A DNA stretch of 64,000 nt from Candidatus Shapirobacteria bacterium (GTDB taxonomy: Bacteria; Patescibacteriota; Microgenomatia; UBA12405): assembly GCA_041665485.1 (NCBI GenBank), contig JBAYIT010000003.1:67146-131145 (forward strand). Reading direction: 5' to 3'. Every line of letters begins with the position of its first letter. Position 1 is the stretch's first letter. A program made the translations under genes and the position numbers. The notes below the pieces were generated by a model. That model did no database searches, was not told the origin of the DNA, and was given only the letters and a program-made list of their open reading frames with translations. Of the stretch, positions 18,900 through 28,079 are shown piece after piece.

Positions 18900-19142
18900 T
18901 TGCCGCGTCCGCCACCAGGAGGAAAGGGAAATGTCCCGAAGGGACAAAGGGTTTCGAAATGTTACAATAACCCAATGCAAACTTTAAAAGACCTCGCCAC
19001 CGAACTCAAATTAACCCCCCAAGCCACTGCCAAGCTTGAGCAATTTGTTAATCAATTAGTTATCGAACTGCTTCAATCAATTCAGGAAGACAACAATCGC
19101 AATTTCGACGAAACCGTTGCTAATCTAAAGAATCCAGCCTAG
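18900..19142 (+). CDS. Small hypothetical protein (likely starts at internal Met ~18975)
   Basis: It is an ORF only. An AGGAGGAAAGGG SD-like run lies near 18917. Confidence 0.3.
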   Translation: MPRPPPGGKGNVPKGQRVSKCYNNPMQTLKDLATELKLTPQATAKLEQFVNQLVIELLQSIQEDNNRNFDETVANLKNPA

Positions 19143-19814
19143 TTCAAACCCCTCCTCATGTCCCGGTAAAACCAGTGTTTCTTTCGGTAATTTTGGCAAA
19201 TCTGTAGTTGGTATGTCTCCACAAAACAGCCAGCCAGCTGATTTGCTATAAAAGCACACACTCCCGGGAGTATGGCCGGGGCAGGGGATAATCTCAATTA
19301 TCTCTTTGTCCAGATTCAAATGCTTTAATTTACCCAAATCTACGTCAATTTTACTAAAATCCGGCACCGCCACTTTTCTTTTTAGAAAATAATTAGCCGT
19401 CCGATTTTGTCTTTTAAGCAAATATAAGTCAGCCTCATGGCAATAAAACGGCGCATTAAAAATTAATTTCAAATCTAATCCTCCCAATAAATGATCAAAA
19501 TGGCCATGAGTTGCCAAAATGCCTGTTAATTTAATCTTTTTTTGGTCTATCTCTTGAGCAATTTCCACCCCACTATCGGCCGGATCTATTACTACCCCCT
19601 CCTTGGTTTCGCTATCCCACAGCAGGTAACAATTAGTTCCTAGATCACCAACGATAAATTTTTCGTATAATAGAGTCATGAAATTATCACATCTTACCAC
19701 CCCCGCCCTAGTCCTCGCCTCTGCCCTGCTCTTATCTGCCTGTAATTCTTCAGTCCTCCCCCAGAAGAAAATTACTTTCAGCGACGACACTGCCCCTGAA
19801 GCCGAAACCAACAC
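19125..19814 (-). CDS. MBL-fold metallo-hydrolase (glyoxalase II-like)
   Basis: The HxHxDH motif (ATHGHFDHLLG) is present, with downstream His/Asp ligands. Confidence 0.8.
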   Translation of the reverse strand: MLVSASGAVSSLKVIFFWGRTEELQADKSRAEARTRAGVVRCDNFMTLLYEKFIVGDLGTNCYLLWDSETKEGVVIDPADSGVEIAQEIDQKKIKLTGILATHGHFDHLLGGLDLKLIFNAPFYCHEADLYLLKRQNRTANYFLKRKVAVPDFSKIDVDLGKLKHLNLDKEIIEIIPCPGHTPGSVCFYSKSAGWLFCGDIPTTDLPKLPKETLVLPGHEEGFELGWIL

Positions 19815-20319
19815 TCCCTACGTTGATAAGTTTGCCACCACTCCCATTGTTATTTCTAAAACCTACAAACTAAACCAAGAGTTTAAAGTTGCCTACAAAA
19901 CATTTAATCCAGATGGTCAGGGAATCGCCGAGTTTAAAGGAAGGTCGATGAAAGAGGTCGCCAATGTTGATTCCCGTCTACCCGAAGATGGCAAAAAACT
20001 AGTTTTAGTTGAAATCGGCGTCAAGGGTAAGGCCGACAATAAAGGCAGTCCTTCTACTTTCAACCAAGTGGGGGACACCCCTTCCCCCCAGTTTGTTTTA
20101 ATCGATAAATCTAAAAATCTCTCCAATGCCGAGGAGACTTACTATTCCGACGCCTACACTGTCAGCAAAAAATTATTTGAATTAAGCAAAATCACTCTCG
20201 ATCACGAGCAGTGGGTCAACACCGCTCTTGTTTTCCAAATCGATAAAAATCAGGCCCCCGATCTGGCTTTCCGTTTTATTAATCCCGAGGGTAAAACCGA
20301 GTTTTATGATGTCGAATAA
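19678..20319 (+). CDS. Lipoprotein (hypothetical)
   Basis: A signal peptide carries a lipobox (LLLSAC). There is no catalytic motif. Confidence 0.5.
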   Translation: MKLSHLTTPALVLASALLLSACNSSVLPQKKITFSDDTAPEAETNTPYVDKFATTPIVISKTYKLNQEFKVAYKTFNPDGQGIAEFKGRSMKEVANVDSRLPEDGKKLVLVEIGVKGKADNKGSPSTFNQVGDTPSPQFVLIDKSKNLSNAEETYYSDAYTVSKKLFELSKITLDHEQWVNTALVFQIDKNQAPDLAFRFINPEGKTEFYDVE

Positions 20320-20779
20320 GCGCCTATTTGTCGGTAGTCTTCCTTATCGCTTTACTGAAGGCCAACTTTTGGATCTTTTTGTTCCCTATGGCCGGATTGT
20401 TGCCATTAGAATTATGCACAATCGTTGGGGCAAAAGTCGTGGGCTAGGCTTTGTTGAATTTGACAACCTTGAATCGGCCATCAGGGCTAAAGAAGAGCTA
20501 CACAATTATCAAATCGAAGATTTAAAAATCATCGTCGACTATTCCAAACCTGACCCTCTCAACACCCCCGAAGGTCAGGAGCGCCACCAACAAGCCCTTC
20601 TCCGTCATCCTCCCAAACCACCCAAAAATACCTCAAAGAATTCTTCTGTGAAAGTTGTCGAACCGCCAAAAAGGTTTTTTAATCACGATCAACCTCATCT
20701 TCGCCAAAGTGTTTTCAAATCCCGTTTTCATGGTTCTCACGTCGGCCGCAAATTCTCCAGCCGCACTAAGAAAAAATGA
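20306..20779 (+). CDS. RRM-domain RNA-binding protein with basic C-terminal tail
   Basis: RNP-2 (LFVGSL) and RNP-1 (RGLGFVEF) motifs are present. The start is set at the ATGATG that overlaps the upstream stop. Confidence 0.75.
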   Translation: MMSNKRLFVGSLPYRFTEGQLLDLFVPYGRIVAIRIMHNRWGKSRGLGFVEFDNLESAIRAKEELHNYQIEDLKIIVDYSKPDPLNTPEGQERHQQALLRHPPKPPKNTSKNSSVKVVEPPKRFFNHDQPHLRQSVFKSRFHGSHVGRKFSSRTKKK

Positions 20780-20788
20780 AATCAGTAA

Positions 20789-20893
20789 AACGTCATTGCG
20801 AGGACCCCGATAGCTATCGGGGGACGAAGCAATCCCAAAGAGATCGCCACGGCCTCCGGCCTTCCGTCTGAGCCGGACACGGCGCGATGACGT
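20789..20893. ncRNA. Structured intergenic element (candidate regulatory RNA/terminator) with nested palindromes
   Basis: The outer arms are CGTCATTGCG...CGCGATGACG. Inside lie a perfect 18-nt palindrome (CCCCGATAGCTATCGGGG) and a GGCCTCCGGCC hairpin. Its 5' end (ACGTCATTGCGA...GAAGCAATC) recurs at 13857..13903. A 13-nt core (CCGGCTCAGACGG) also occurs in reverse orientation inside repeat copy B (~18810). Confidence 0.3.
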
Positions 20894-20924
20894 ATTTTGG
20901 TTTTTAAAATTTGATATTTAAAAA

Positions 20925-21980
20925 TTGATTAAAAATTTAAAATTTCAAATTAAAAATTATATTGTCGGATTATCTCCCATGGACGGTGTCACCGACGAAC
21001 CCTTTCGTCTCACCCAGTGCCACATCGCTAAGCCCGACCTGATTTTCACTGAATTCGTTAGTGCTGAAGGCATTTCTCGCGGTGGGGTTAAGCTCTACGA
21101 CCAATTGCTCTATTCAGATTCCGAACGCCCAATTATTGGCCAACTTTTTGGCAAAGACCCCGATAGTTTTTACAAAGCCGGAGTTATTCTCTGCCATCTT
21201 GGCTTTGATGGTATCGATATCAACATGGGTTGTCCTGCCAAAACCGTCACTCATCATGGCTCCGGCGCTGCCCTCATCGGTCAGCCCGAGCTGGCCTCGG
21301 CCATTATTAAAGCCGTCAAATCAGCCGTTTCCGACTTTTCTAAGGGCAAAGTTACTATCAACGACCTAAAACTCAACCAAAAAACAATTGAAGTTATAAA
21401 TAGAAATTTAAAATATTCCGATTACCGGTTACAGATTACTGGTTACCAATTACCAAGCGTCAGCGTCAAAACCCGTCTCGGTCTTGATACCCCCGTTATC
21501 GACACTTGGCTGCCCTTTTTACTCGAGCACCAACTAGATTTTCTCACCCTTCATGGCCGGACTCTCAAACAAGGCTATTCTGGCGAAGCCAATTGGGATT
21601 TGATTGGCGAGGCTGGCAAACTTGCTAAAACATTTGCCACCCCTCTTTTTGGCAACGGTGATCTTCAAACCAAACAACAAGCTTTGGATTATTGTCAAAA
21701 ATATAACCTATCTGGTGCCTTAATTGGCCGTTCTGCTATGGGCAATCCTTGGGCCTTTTCTGATCTCATTCCTTCTTGGGAAGACCGTTTTTCTGCCATG
21801 GTTTTCCATGCCCATAAATTCCAAGAAGTTTTCCCCACTCGTCGTCTCGATTGCCTTCGCCACCATTTTCTTCTTTATGTTTCCGGCCATCCCTGCGCCA
21901 AATCCCTCCGTTCCCAAATCATTAAATTTAATCAAGTCTCCGACCTCTATTCCCTCGAATCCGACCTTCTTAGCTCTTAG
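20925..21980 (+). CDS. dus: tRNA-dihydrouridine synthase (Dus family)
   Basis: Dus motifs are present: LSPMDGVTD, NMGCP and a conserved Lys/Cys context in the TIM-barrel flavoenzyme. Confidence 0.8.
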   Translation: MIKNLKFQIKNYIVGLSPMDGVTDEPFRLTQCHIAKPDLIFTEFVSAEGISRGGVKLYDQLLYSDSERPIIGQLFGKDPDSFYKAGVILCHLGFDGIDINMGCPAKTVTHHGSGAALIGQPELASAIIKAVKSAVSDFSKGKVTINDLKLNQKTIEVINRNLKYSDYRLQITGYQLPSVSVKTRLGLDTPVIDTWLPFLLEHQLDFLTLHGRTLKQGYSGEANWDLIGEAGKLAKTFATPLFGNGDLQTKQQALDYCQKYNLSGALIGRSAMGNPWAFSDLIPSWEDRFSAMVFHAHKFQEVFPTRRLDCLRHHFLLYVSGHPCAKSLRSQIIKFNQVSDLYSLESDLLSS

Positions 21981-21983
21981 TTC

Positions 21984-22421
21984 TTGCTTCTTATCTCTTA
22001 CTTCTCTATAGTAAATTCCATGTCCGATAACCAAAACGCCCAAACAATCTTAAGTCTCGAATCTTTAATCAATAGTTTCGACTCCCGTCTTGAGTCTCTT
22101 ACCAAGGAAGCCAGAACTCACAAGGAAATGCTCCAGTCTCTTCTTGATGGCAATGCCGAATACGTTACTGCCAATGATGCCTCCACCAAAGCCTCCAAAC
22201 TAACCCAAATTGCCAAGCAAAAAGCCCTCAAAGTTCCCGAAGCTGTTACTCTCATCGACAAAATCAAAGACTACCAATCACAAATTAAAGAAGTCAAAGT
22301 TGGCCTCTCTGATTATTTATCCCAATACGTTACCCTTTCTGGCACCACCCAAATCGATTCCCCCGACGGCACCACCAAGCAAATCGTCTACTCCGCCAAG
22401 TTGGTTAAGAAGAAGGGTTAA
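21984..22421 (+). CDS. Hypothetical protein; its last 14 codons are duplicated at 24055..24096
   Basis: It is an ORF only. The C-terminus reads ...TTKQIVYSAKLVKKKG*. Confidence 0.4.
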   Translation: MLLISYFSIVNSMSDNQNAQTILSLESLINSFDSRLESLTKEARTHKEMLQSLLDGNAEYVTANDASTKASKLTQIAKQKALKVPEAVTLIDKIKDYQSQIKEVKVGLSDYLSQYVTLSGTTQIDSPDGTTKQIVYSAKLVKKKG

Positions 22422-23517
22422 CCTTGTCCTCAATCGATTCAAAAATGTACCCCTTATCTTTAATCGTCTTTATTTGATATTTGCCCTTAATCTTATTTTT
22501 CAGTCTCGAAATAGTTTTATAAACTGACCACAGTGAAAAGTCGTCTTCAGCAACGCCCATTAAAAACGCTATTTTATCCTTACTAATGATTTTGCCCTTT
22601 GATTTAACCAGGTAGCTTAATATTGTTTTCTCCCTCTCGCTCAAATCGGGCATTAATTCATCTACATTCTCCGCCTCATATATTTTCAAATAGTATTCCA
22701 ACAGTTTTGCAAATATTTTGTTTTCTCCACTCACCATTCCAATTTTTTCCAATTGGTCAAAAGGAACGTCGATCACTGCCTCTACTAACTCGTTGAGTTT
22801 TATTCTAATCGACGGAAAATTAGACAAAATGTCAAGTTTATCTAAAACTTCCAATCCTAACTCGTCCACACATCGGCCAATATGTTTTACTAGTCCCGGG
22901 TGCCCTCCCGAGAGCTCATAAACTTTTTCGGCCATCGATAAGGGGTAATTGTAGCCATAGTAGTCTTTGTTTATTACTAAAATTCTTTTTGTCCCCTCAA
23001 GGTCAAAAGGAGGAATATACAACAATGTTGAAAATATGGATTTGCCGTGTTTGTAATACACCTCTGGCTGGTAAATTATCGGGTAGTCAGCACTACTTAA
23101 TACCGTCAAGTTGGTTGAGGAAAGGTATCTTAGATGGTAAACAAGCTCAATTGTTTCTTTCTGATCTTTGCCTAAAAAATCTATATGTCTTAAAATCAAA
23201 ATTATTTTTTTGTTTTTAATTTTTTCGGCGAAATCCACAAAGAAATCTCGACTCGGGTCAAGCTCCAGTGTTTTGCTAACCGATGTCTTGATTACTTCGT
23301 AACTATTTTTTGGGTAGGCAAAACACTCAAAAAAGAGAATATTGCTTTTACTGATGTATTTTTCCAACGAGTTCTGAATTGTCTGTAGAAAATATCTCGT
23401 TCCACACCCCGGCATGCCATAAATACAAATGCATTCTCCTTTCAGGAGGGTATTTACCGCCTTTTCGGCTTTATCGCCAAAGTGGCCGGTGGGTAGTTGA
23501 TTAATGATATTTTCCAT
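22405..23517 (-). CDS. Putative transcriptional regulator: degenerate P-loop NTPase domain + OmpR/PhoB-type winged-helix C-terminus
   Basis: The N-terminus has a Walker-A-like GMPGCGTRY with no Lys. The C-terminus, ...YKTISRLKNKIKGKYQIKTIKDKGYIFE, matches the trans_reg_C wing. Confidence 0.45.
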   Translation of the reverse strand: MENIINQLPTGHFGDKAEKAVNTLLKGECICIYGMPGCGTRYFLQTIQNSLEKYISKSNILFFECFAYPKNSYEVIKTSVSKTLELDPSRDFFVDFAEKIKNKKIILILRHIDFLGKDQKETIELVYHLRYLSSTNLTVLSSADYPIIYQPEVYYKHGKSIFSTLLYIPPFDLEGTKRILVINKDYYGYNYPLSMAEKVYELSGGHPGLVKHIGRCVDELGLEVLDKLDILSNFPSIRIKLNELVEAVIDVPFDQLEKIGMVSGENKIFAKLLEYYLKIYEAENVDELMPDLSEREKTILSYLVKSKGKIISKDKIAFLMGVAEDDFSLWSVYKTISRLKNKIKGKYQIKTIKDKGYIFESIEDKVNPSS

Positions 23518-23555
23518 TTTTATTCAAGTCCAATACCTGTCCAAAATAGCAGATA

Positions 23556-24047
23556 TTGAATGTCAACAATGTCCCTAAAGTTCGGATTATAATCGAGAGT
23601 AATTATTACATAATTCTGTCCAAAAGTAAAGAAAACATGCCAAACATCCTCTTAATTTCCCGTTGTTTCATTGAAAAAGCCGGCCAAGTTCTTTTACTGC
23701 ATCGTAGTTCCAAAAGAAAATACAACCCCAATCTTTGGGAGCTTCCCGGAGGCAAGGTTGAGGCTGGGCAAGACATTAATAATGCCACCGAAAGAGAAAT
23801 CCTTGAAGAAACTGGGTTGCTTATAAAAATCATTAGCCCGGTTGCTTTTTCCGAATCCAAAGTTGTCGATCATGGTAAATATAAAGGCATGATTTATCTT
23901 GAGCTCGTCAATCGGGCTATTATCGTTGCCGGTAAAATCAGTTTAGGTGACGATCACGTTGGCTTTGCCTGGGCCAAAAAGAAAGATATTTTTAATTATG
24001 ATTTAAGCCAAGAATCGCGCAAATCCCTCACCTTTTTCCTAAGTTAA
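23556..24047 (+). CDS. NUDIX hydrolase
   Basis: The Nudix box GGKVEAGQDINNATEREILEETGL is present. Confidence 0.75.
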   Translation: MNVNNVPKVRIIIESNYYIILSKSKENMPNILLISRCFIEKAGQVLLLHRSSKRKYNPNLWELPGGKVEAGQDINNATEREILEETGLLIKIISPVAFSESKVVDHGKYKGMIYLELVNRAIIVAGKISLGDDHVGFAWAKKKDIFNYDLSQESRKSLTFFLS

Positions 24048-24054
24048 CCGCACA

Positions 24055-24096
24055 AATTATCTACTCCGCCAAACTAGTTAAGAAGAAAGGATAGTC
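24055..24096 (+). pseudogene. Remnant copy of the 3' end of gene 21984..22421 (encodes QIIYSAKLVKKKG*)
   Basis: About 35 of 42 nt are identical to 22380..22421. The differences are mostly synonymous. A stop codon lies two codons upstream, so it is not part of a longer ORF. Confidence 0.6.
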
Positions 24097-24389
24097 AAGG
24101 GAGGTGTTAATCCTCTCACTTCTACTTCTACCATTCCTTGAGTCGGACACAAGTCGTCTCCCAAGAAAAATCCTGGATTAACTTTCCCTTCCGGTAGTAT
24201 CATTCTGTGTATTTCTCCTTGTACTGGTCTAATCCATTCCAACCCTTCAATATTTGCCACCTGATATCCAGGCACATCTTGCTTTCGGAAACTTAGTCTT
24301 CTGCCAACAACAAAACCAATCACTACTTCCGTTGGTGGTGTCGCAAAGGAAATTGTGTCTCCACTTGTAAAAACTAATCTATCACCCAT
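24078..24389 (-). CDS. Hypothetical protein (103 aa)
   Basis: It is an ORF only. Confidence 0.35.
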   Translation of the reverse strand: MGDRLVFTSGDTISFATPPTEVVIGFVVGRRLSFRKQDVPGYQVANIEGLEWIRPVQGEIHRMILPEGKVNPGFFLGDDLCPTQGMVEVEVRGLTPPLTILSS

Positions 24390-24589
24390 GCTCTGTTTAT
24401 ATCAAACTACCTCTTTTTTGTCAGCCAGTAGATGATTCCGCCCACAATCCCGGCAAACATTGTCACAATTATTCCCAAAAGTATTGTCGTCGTCCCTTCT
24501 TGCATAAAATAATTATAGTTTAAAAATTAGAAATTTTAAATTGAATAAAAATTTCAAATTAAAAATTAAAAATTAGATATAATGGTCCA

Positions 24590-25546
24590 ATGTTAATCGA
24601 CGAATCCCGCATCACTGTCAAAGCCGGCAACGGCGGTAAAGGCCTGGTTCACTTCTTTACCGACAAATCCCGCCCCAAAGGTGGCCCCGACGGTGGTAAT
24701 GGTGGCGCTGGTGGTAATCTCTACTTTAAGGCCGTCAGCGACATTAGCCGTCTTCATCAGTTTCGTCATAAGCGCATTTTCCAGGCTCCCAATGGCGACC
24801 CGGGTGGCCCCAATCAGCGCACCGGCCACGATGGCGCCGATCTTACCCTGGAAATTCCTATTGGCACCATTGTTCATTACGACAATGGCTCAATTATTGA
24901 ATTTACCAAGGTCGGTCAAACCGAAATTATTGTCAAAGGTGGTAAAGGCGGTCGGGGCAACTATCATTTCAGAAGCTCCACCAACCAAACCCCCCAAGAG
25001 TCCGAGCCGGGAATTAAGCCACTTCCCAGAAACCTTTTTATTGAATTAAAGTTAATCGCCAATGTTGGCCTAATTGGCCTGCCTAATGCCGGTAAAACTA
25101 GTCTTTTAAACGAGCTGACTTCCGCCAACGCCAAAGTCGCCAACTACCCCTTCACCACCCTCGAGCCCAATCTTGGCGTCACTAAAGGCGGTAAAGTTAT
25201 CGCCGATATCCCGGGCCTGATTGAAGGCGCCACTACCGGTCACGGTCTTGGATCAAAGTTTCTTAAGCACATCGAACGCACCAATCTCTTGGTCCACTGC
25301 CTTTCCCTTGAGTCTCAAAATCTTTCCGTCGACTACCAAACCATTCGCCATGAGTTAGAAAGTTACAGCACTGCTTTAGCCAAAAAGCCAGAAATTATTA
25401 TCCTAACCAAGTCTGATTTAGTCGACCCCAAAGATATCAAAAGTCTCTTAAAATCCACTAAAGCCGTTTTGGCTGTCTCCATTGCCGACGATCAAAGTAT
25501 TAAAGCTCTAAACGACCTAATTGCTCTCAAACTAGACTCTTTTTAA
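24590..25546 (+). CDS. obg: GTPase Obg/CgtA
   Basis: The Obg fold N-terminus is Gly-rich (GGKGGDGGNGG). G1 is GLPNAGKT. DIPG and TKSD motifs follow. Confidence 0.9.
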   Translation: MLIDESRITVKAGNGGKGLVHFFTDKSRPKGGPDGGNGGAGGNLYFKAVSDISRLHQFRHKRIFQAPNGDPGGPNQRTGHDGADLTLEIPIGTIVHYDNGSIIEFTKVGQTEIIVKGGKGGRGNYHFRSSTNQTPQESEPGIKPLPRNLFIELKLIANVGLIGLPNAGKTSLLNELTSANAKVANYPFTTLEPNLGVTKGGKVIADIPGLIEGATTGHGLGSKFLKHIERTNLLVHCLSLESQNLSVDYQTIRHELESYSTALAKKPEIIILTKSDLVDPKDIKSLLKSTKAVLAVSIADDQSIKALNDLIALKLDSF

Positions 25547-25922
25547 TTTTTAGCCAATCTTTTTTTAAGTAACTAGCCATTTTGATCATTCCGGCCCGCC
25601 CGCTTTTAATGTCTTTGCTAAAACCTGTCAGCACTTCGTCCACCGTCTTGCCGTACTTTTCTTTGTCAATTTTCTCTCCGGCCAATTTCAATTTAGCCAC
25701 TTTAGCTGCCACTGTTGCCTTAATATCCTCATATTTATCCGCCAACTCAACTCTTTTTTTAGTTTCTGTTGCTCCGGTTTTGATCGCCCTAGAAACATCC
25801 TTGGCCAATTTCGCCACCTCACTCCTCGCCTGCTTACCAGTTTTTGGTGCTAACAACAAACCGCCCACCAATCCTGCCACCACTCCAAATAAACTTGCCA
25901 TCACAAAATTATTTTTTGCCAT
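25527..25922 (-). CDS. YtxH-like (DUF948) membrane-anchored stress protein
   Basis: An N-terminal TM helix is followed by a Lys/Ala/Glu-rich helical region typical of YtxH. Confidence 0.5.
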   Translation of the reverse strand: MAKNNFVMASLFGVVAGLVGGLLLAPKTGKQARSEVAKLAKDVSRAIKTGATETKKRVELADKYEDIKATVAAKVAKLKLAGEKIDKEKYGKTVDEVLTGFSKDIKSGRAGMIKMASYLKKDWLKIKKSLV

Positions 25923-25930
25923 AAATCATT

Positions 25931-26671
25931 CTAGTTTAATATTTTTTTGCTGTCAATCTCAAAGTAATTTTTGCCATCAATTGTTCCCCAGTTTGCTCCT
26001 ATAGTTAGGTTAATACTTTCTTTTTCTGTCGTTAGTTTAATTTCCGCCAATGTCTTAGACGGTTGTTTGTCTCCCAAATATTTAGTTGTTTTCAAGTAAG
26101 CCACCGCATTAATCAACCTTTCTTCTGGCCACTTACCCTCTTTGACTGTCAACACCCTTTCTCTGCCTTGTCTCTTTATTTTCACTTCAGTAATTTGGTA
26201 AATCGATAAATTTGTCAGCCACTTCTTTCGCCAATATTCTTCTTTTGCTACCTCGCTCTTATCAATTACAATGTCCGTCAGGTAAACCGGGCCATCTTCG
26301 TTGATTCGCACATAGGTTCCGCTATAATTATCATTAATTCTTCCCAATTCTATTTTTTCGTCACCGATTTTTAACCAAACCCGATTATCTTCCTCAAATC
26401 CTAGCTTTTTAAAATTTTGGCTATTTTCTGCCACCATCTCGCCGATTTCTAATTCTCGGATTTTTTTAAGCATATTTTCCACTAGTTCGTTATCCACTAG
26501 TTCATTTTTCATCAAACAGAGGTCATTAAAACAAAAATTCTCTATCTTTTCCCCAAAATATGGCGCACTATTTTCAATAGTTTTTTGTTGCTCTTGATAT
26601 TTAAGGCCAAGAAACACCGCCATTAAAAACACTAAAATAATTCCGCTAATTGCCGTTAAATTAATTTTCAT
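25931..26671 (-). CDS. DUF4340-like protein (accessory to GldG-type ABC system)
   Basis: It has a signal anchor. It lies downstream of a GldG-like gene, in the usual operon position. Confidence 0.4.
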   Translation of the reverse strand: MKINLTAISGIILVFLMAVFLGLKYQEQQKTIENSAPYFGEKIENFCFNDLCLMKNELVDNELVENMLKKIRELEIGEMVAENSQNFKKLGFEEDNRVWLKIGDEKIELGRINDNYSGTYVRINEDGPVYLTDIVIDKSEVAKEEYWRKKWLTNLSIYQITEVKIKRQGRERVLTVKEGKWPEERLINAVAYLKTTKYLGDKQPSKTLAEIKLTTEKESINLTIGANWGTIDGKNYFEIDSKKILN

Positions 26672-28079
26672 GCTTTCGCCTGATAAAAACTATCAAGCCG
26701 ATAATCCCCAAAATCACTATCGGCCCGGCGATGTTTGCCACTCTAATTATAGTTTTCCTATTTTCCGGCACGTTCCCCAACGGGTAACTCTTAACTGTCT
26801 TGCTTCTGATTTGAATCAAACTTTCGTCGGCCCCCAAATAATCAACCAAATTAAGGGCCATCACTAAATTTTGTTGATTATTTTGTAGTATTTGATCTTT
26901 AAGCCAATCAGTGTCGCTAACTACTGCCACTCTCTTTTGATCAAGATTAATCGCTCCCACCACATATTGCTGTTTATTCCCGCCTGGCAACTTTTGTCCA
27001 ATTGGTGATAAATTATTCACCTCACTCTCCTCAAGTGAATTTTTACTCGTCTTAAGTATTGCCCTAGCTCCGGCTTCTATTTTAATCGGCGACACCCAAG
27101 CCAGCCCCACCGAGCTTATCGAAGACAGCGGTGGCAAGCTACGGTCGATATTCTCTCCTAAAATTTGTGGCCAAAACAAGTAATTAGTCATAAAGTTACC
27201 TCTTCCGCTTTGAAAGCTGGCAATACTGCTATTTTCGTCAAGAATCAATTTCGGCTCAATCGTCATCCCCACCAACTTCAATATCTCTTCTAGTCCGGTG
27301 TCAGGCGACCTAATCGCTTCCATATTTTGTGTCACTTCAAATCGGTCATCTAAAACCAACAGTCCCTTGCCCTCCTCCACCCATGTTTTTAATCTGTCTT
27401 TAGCCCCATCATCTAATTTACTAGTATTTCTTAAAATCACCCATGTTTTTATTTCGCTGTTAATTGGGGCAGTGCTTCCGATATCAATATCTTCCAATTG
27501 GTACATCTGTCCCAAAAATTTTCTAAATATTTTATACTGGCTCTGGCCGTCAGCCAAACTTTCGCTAATTGCCACTACTCTCTGCTTTTCTTGAGTTAGT
27601 TTTTTAATACTTGAAACCAAGAAATACTCCAAATTTCCCACATCTCCGGCCACTGGCAACACCTCTCGTTTGTCGCCGTAGCTCATCACCAGCCCCAAAT
27701 AGCCGTTACTTATTTCAAATTTATCCGACTTCAAAACATTAAATTGTAGTGGTTGAACCCCTGCTTTTTCCGCCTCCGTTTTAATTGCTTCATTTTTACT
27801 TGGGTCGTAATAATTAATTTTCAGTCGGCCGGGGTTGATCCTGGCTACTTCGTCCAAAATCGTCTTTAGATTATTGGCCACCGGTTTTATTTGTGGTGGC
27901 AAATCTTTTGTCACATATACCTTTATATTAATAATGTCGTCGAGTTTTTTAATCGTTTCTTCTGTTGTTTTTGAAAGCGAGTGAATCTTATCTTGGGTCA
28001 CGTCTAACTTAACTGTTGGCAACATCCCTAAAAGTAAATTAGCCACCACAATTATAAGAATTAAATTAATTCGGCTCAT
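26661..28079 (-). CDS. GldG-like ABC-transporter auxiliary protein
   Basis: N- and C-terminal TM anchors flank a large periplasmic domain. It sits in the order ABC ATPase, ABC-2 permease, GldG. Confidence 0.55.
   Translation of the reverse strand: MSRINLILIIVVANLLLGMLPTVKLDVTQDKIHSLSKTTEETIKKLDDIINIKVYVTKDLPPQIKPVANNLKTILDEVARINPGRLKINYYDPSKNEAIKTEAEKAGVQPLQFNVLKSDKFEISNGYLGLVMSYGDKREVLPVAGDVGNLEYFLVSSIKKLTQEKQRVVAISESLADGQSQYKIFRKFLGQMYQLEDIDIGSTAPINSEIKTWVILRNTSKLDDGAKDRLKTWVEEGKGLLVLDDRFEVTQNMEAIRSPDTGLEEILKLVGMTIEPKLILDENSSIASFQSGRGNFMTNYLFWPQILGENIDRSLPPLSSISSVGLAWVSPIKIEAGARAILKTSKNSLEESEVNNLSPIGQKLPGGNKQQYVVGAINLDQKRVAVVSDTDWLKDQILQNNQQNLVMALNLVDYLGADESLIQIRSKTVKSYPLGNVPENRKTIIRVANIAGPIVILGIIGLIVFIRRKHEN

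Noticed and set aside
18360-18900. Possible RNase P RNA or tmRNA in the 540 bp non-coding stretch, suggested by GGAGGAAAG and hairpins.
   Set aside because: No P4 consensus (AGGAAAGUCCGGGCUCC) is present. No tag-peptide ORF with a tRNA-like 3' end (GGTTCGA...CCA) was found.
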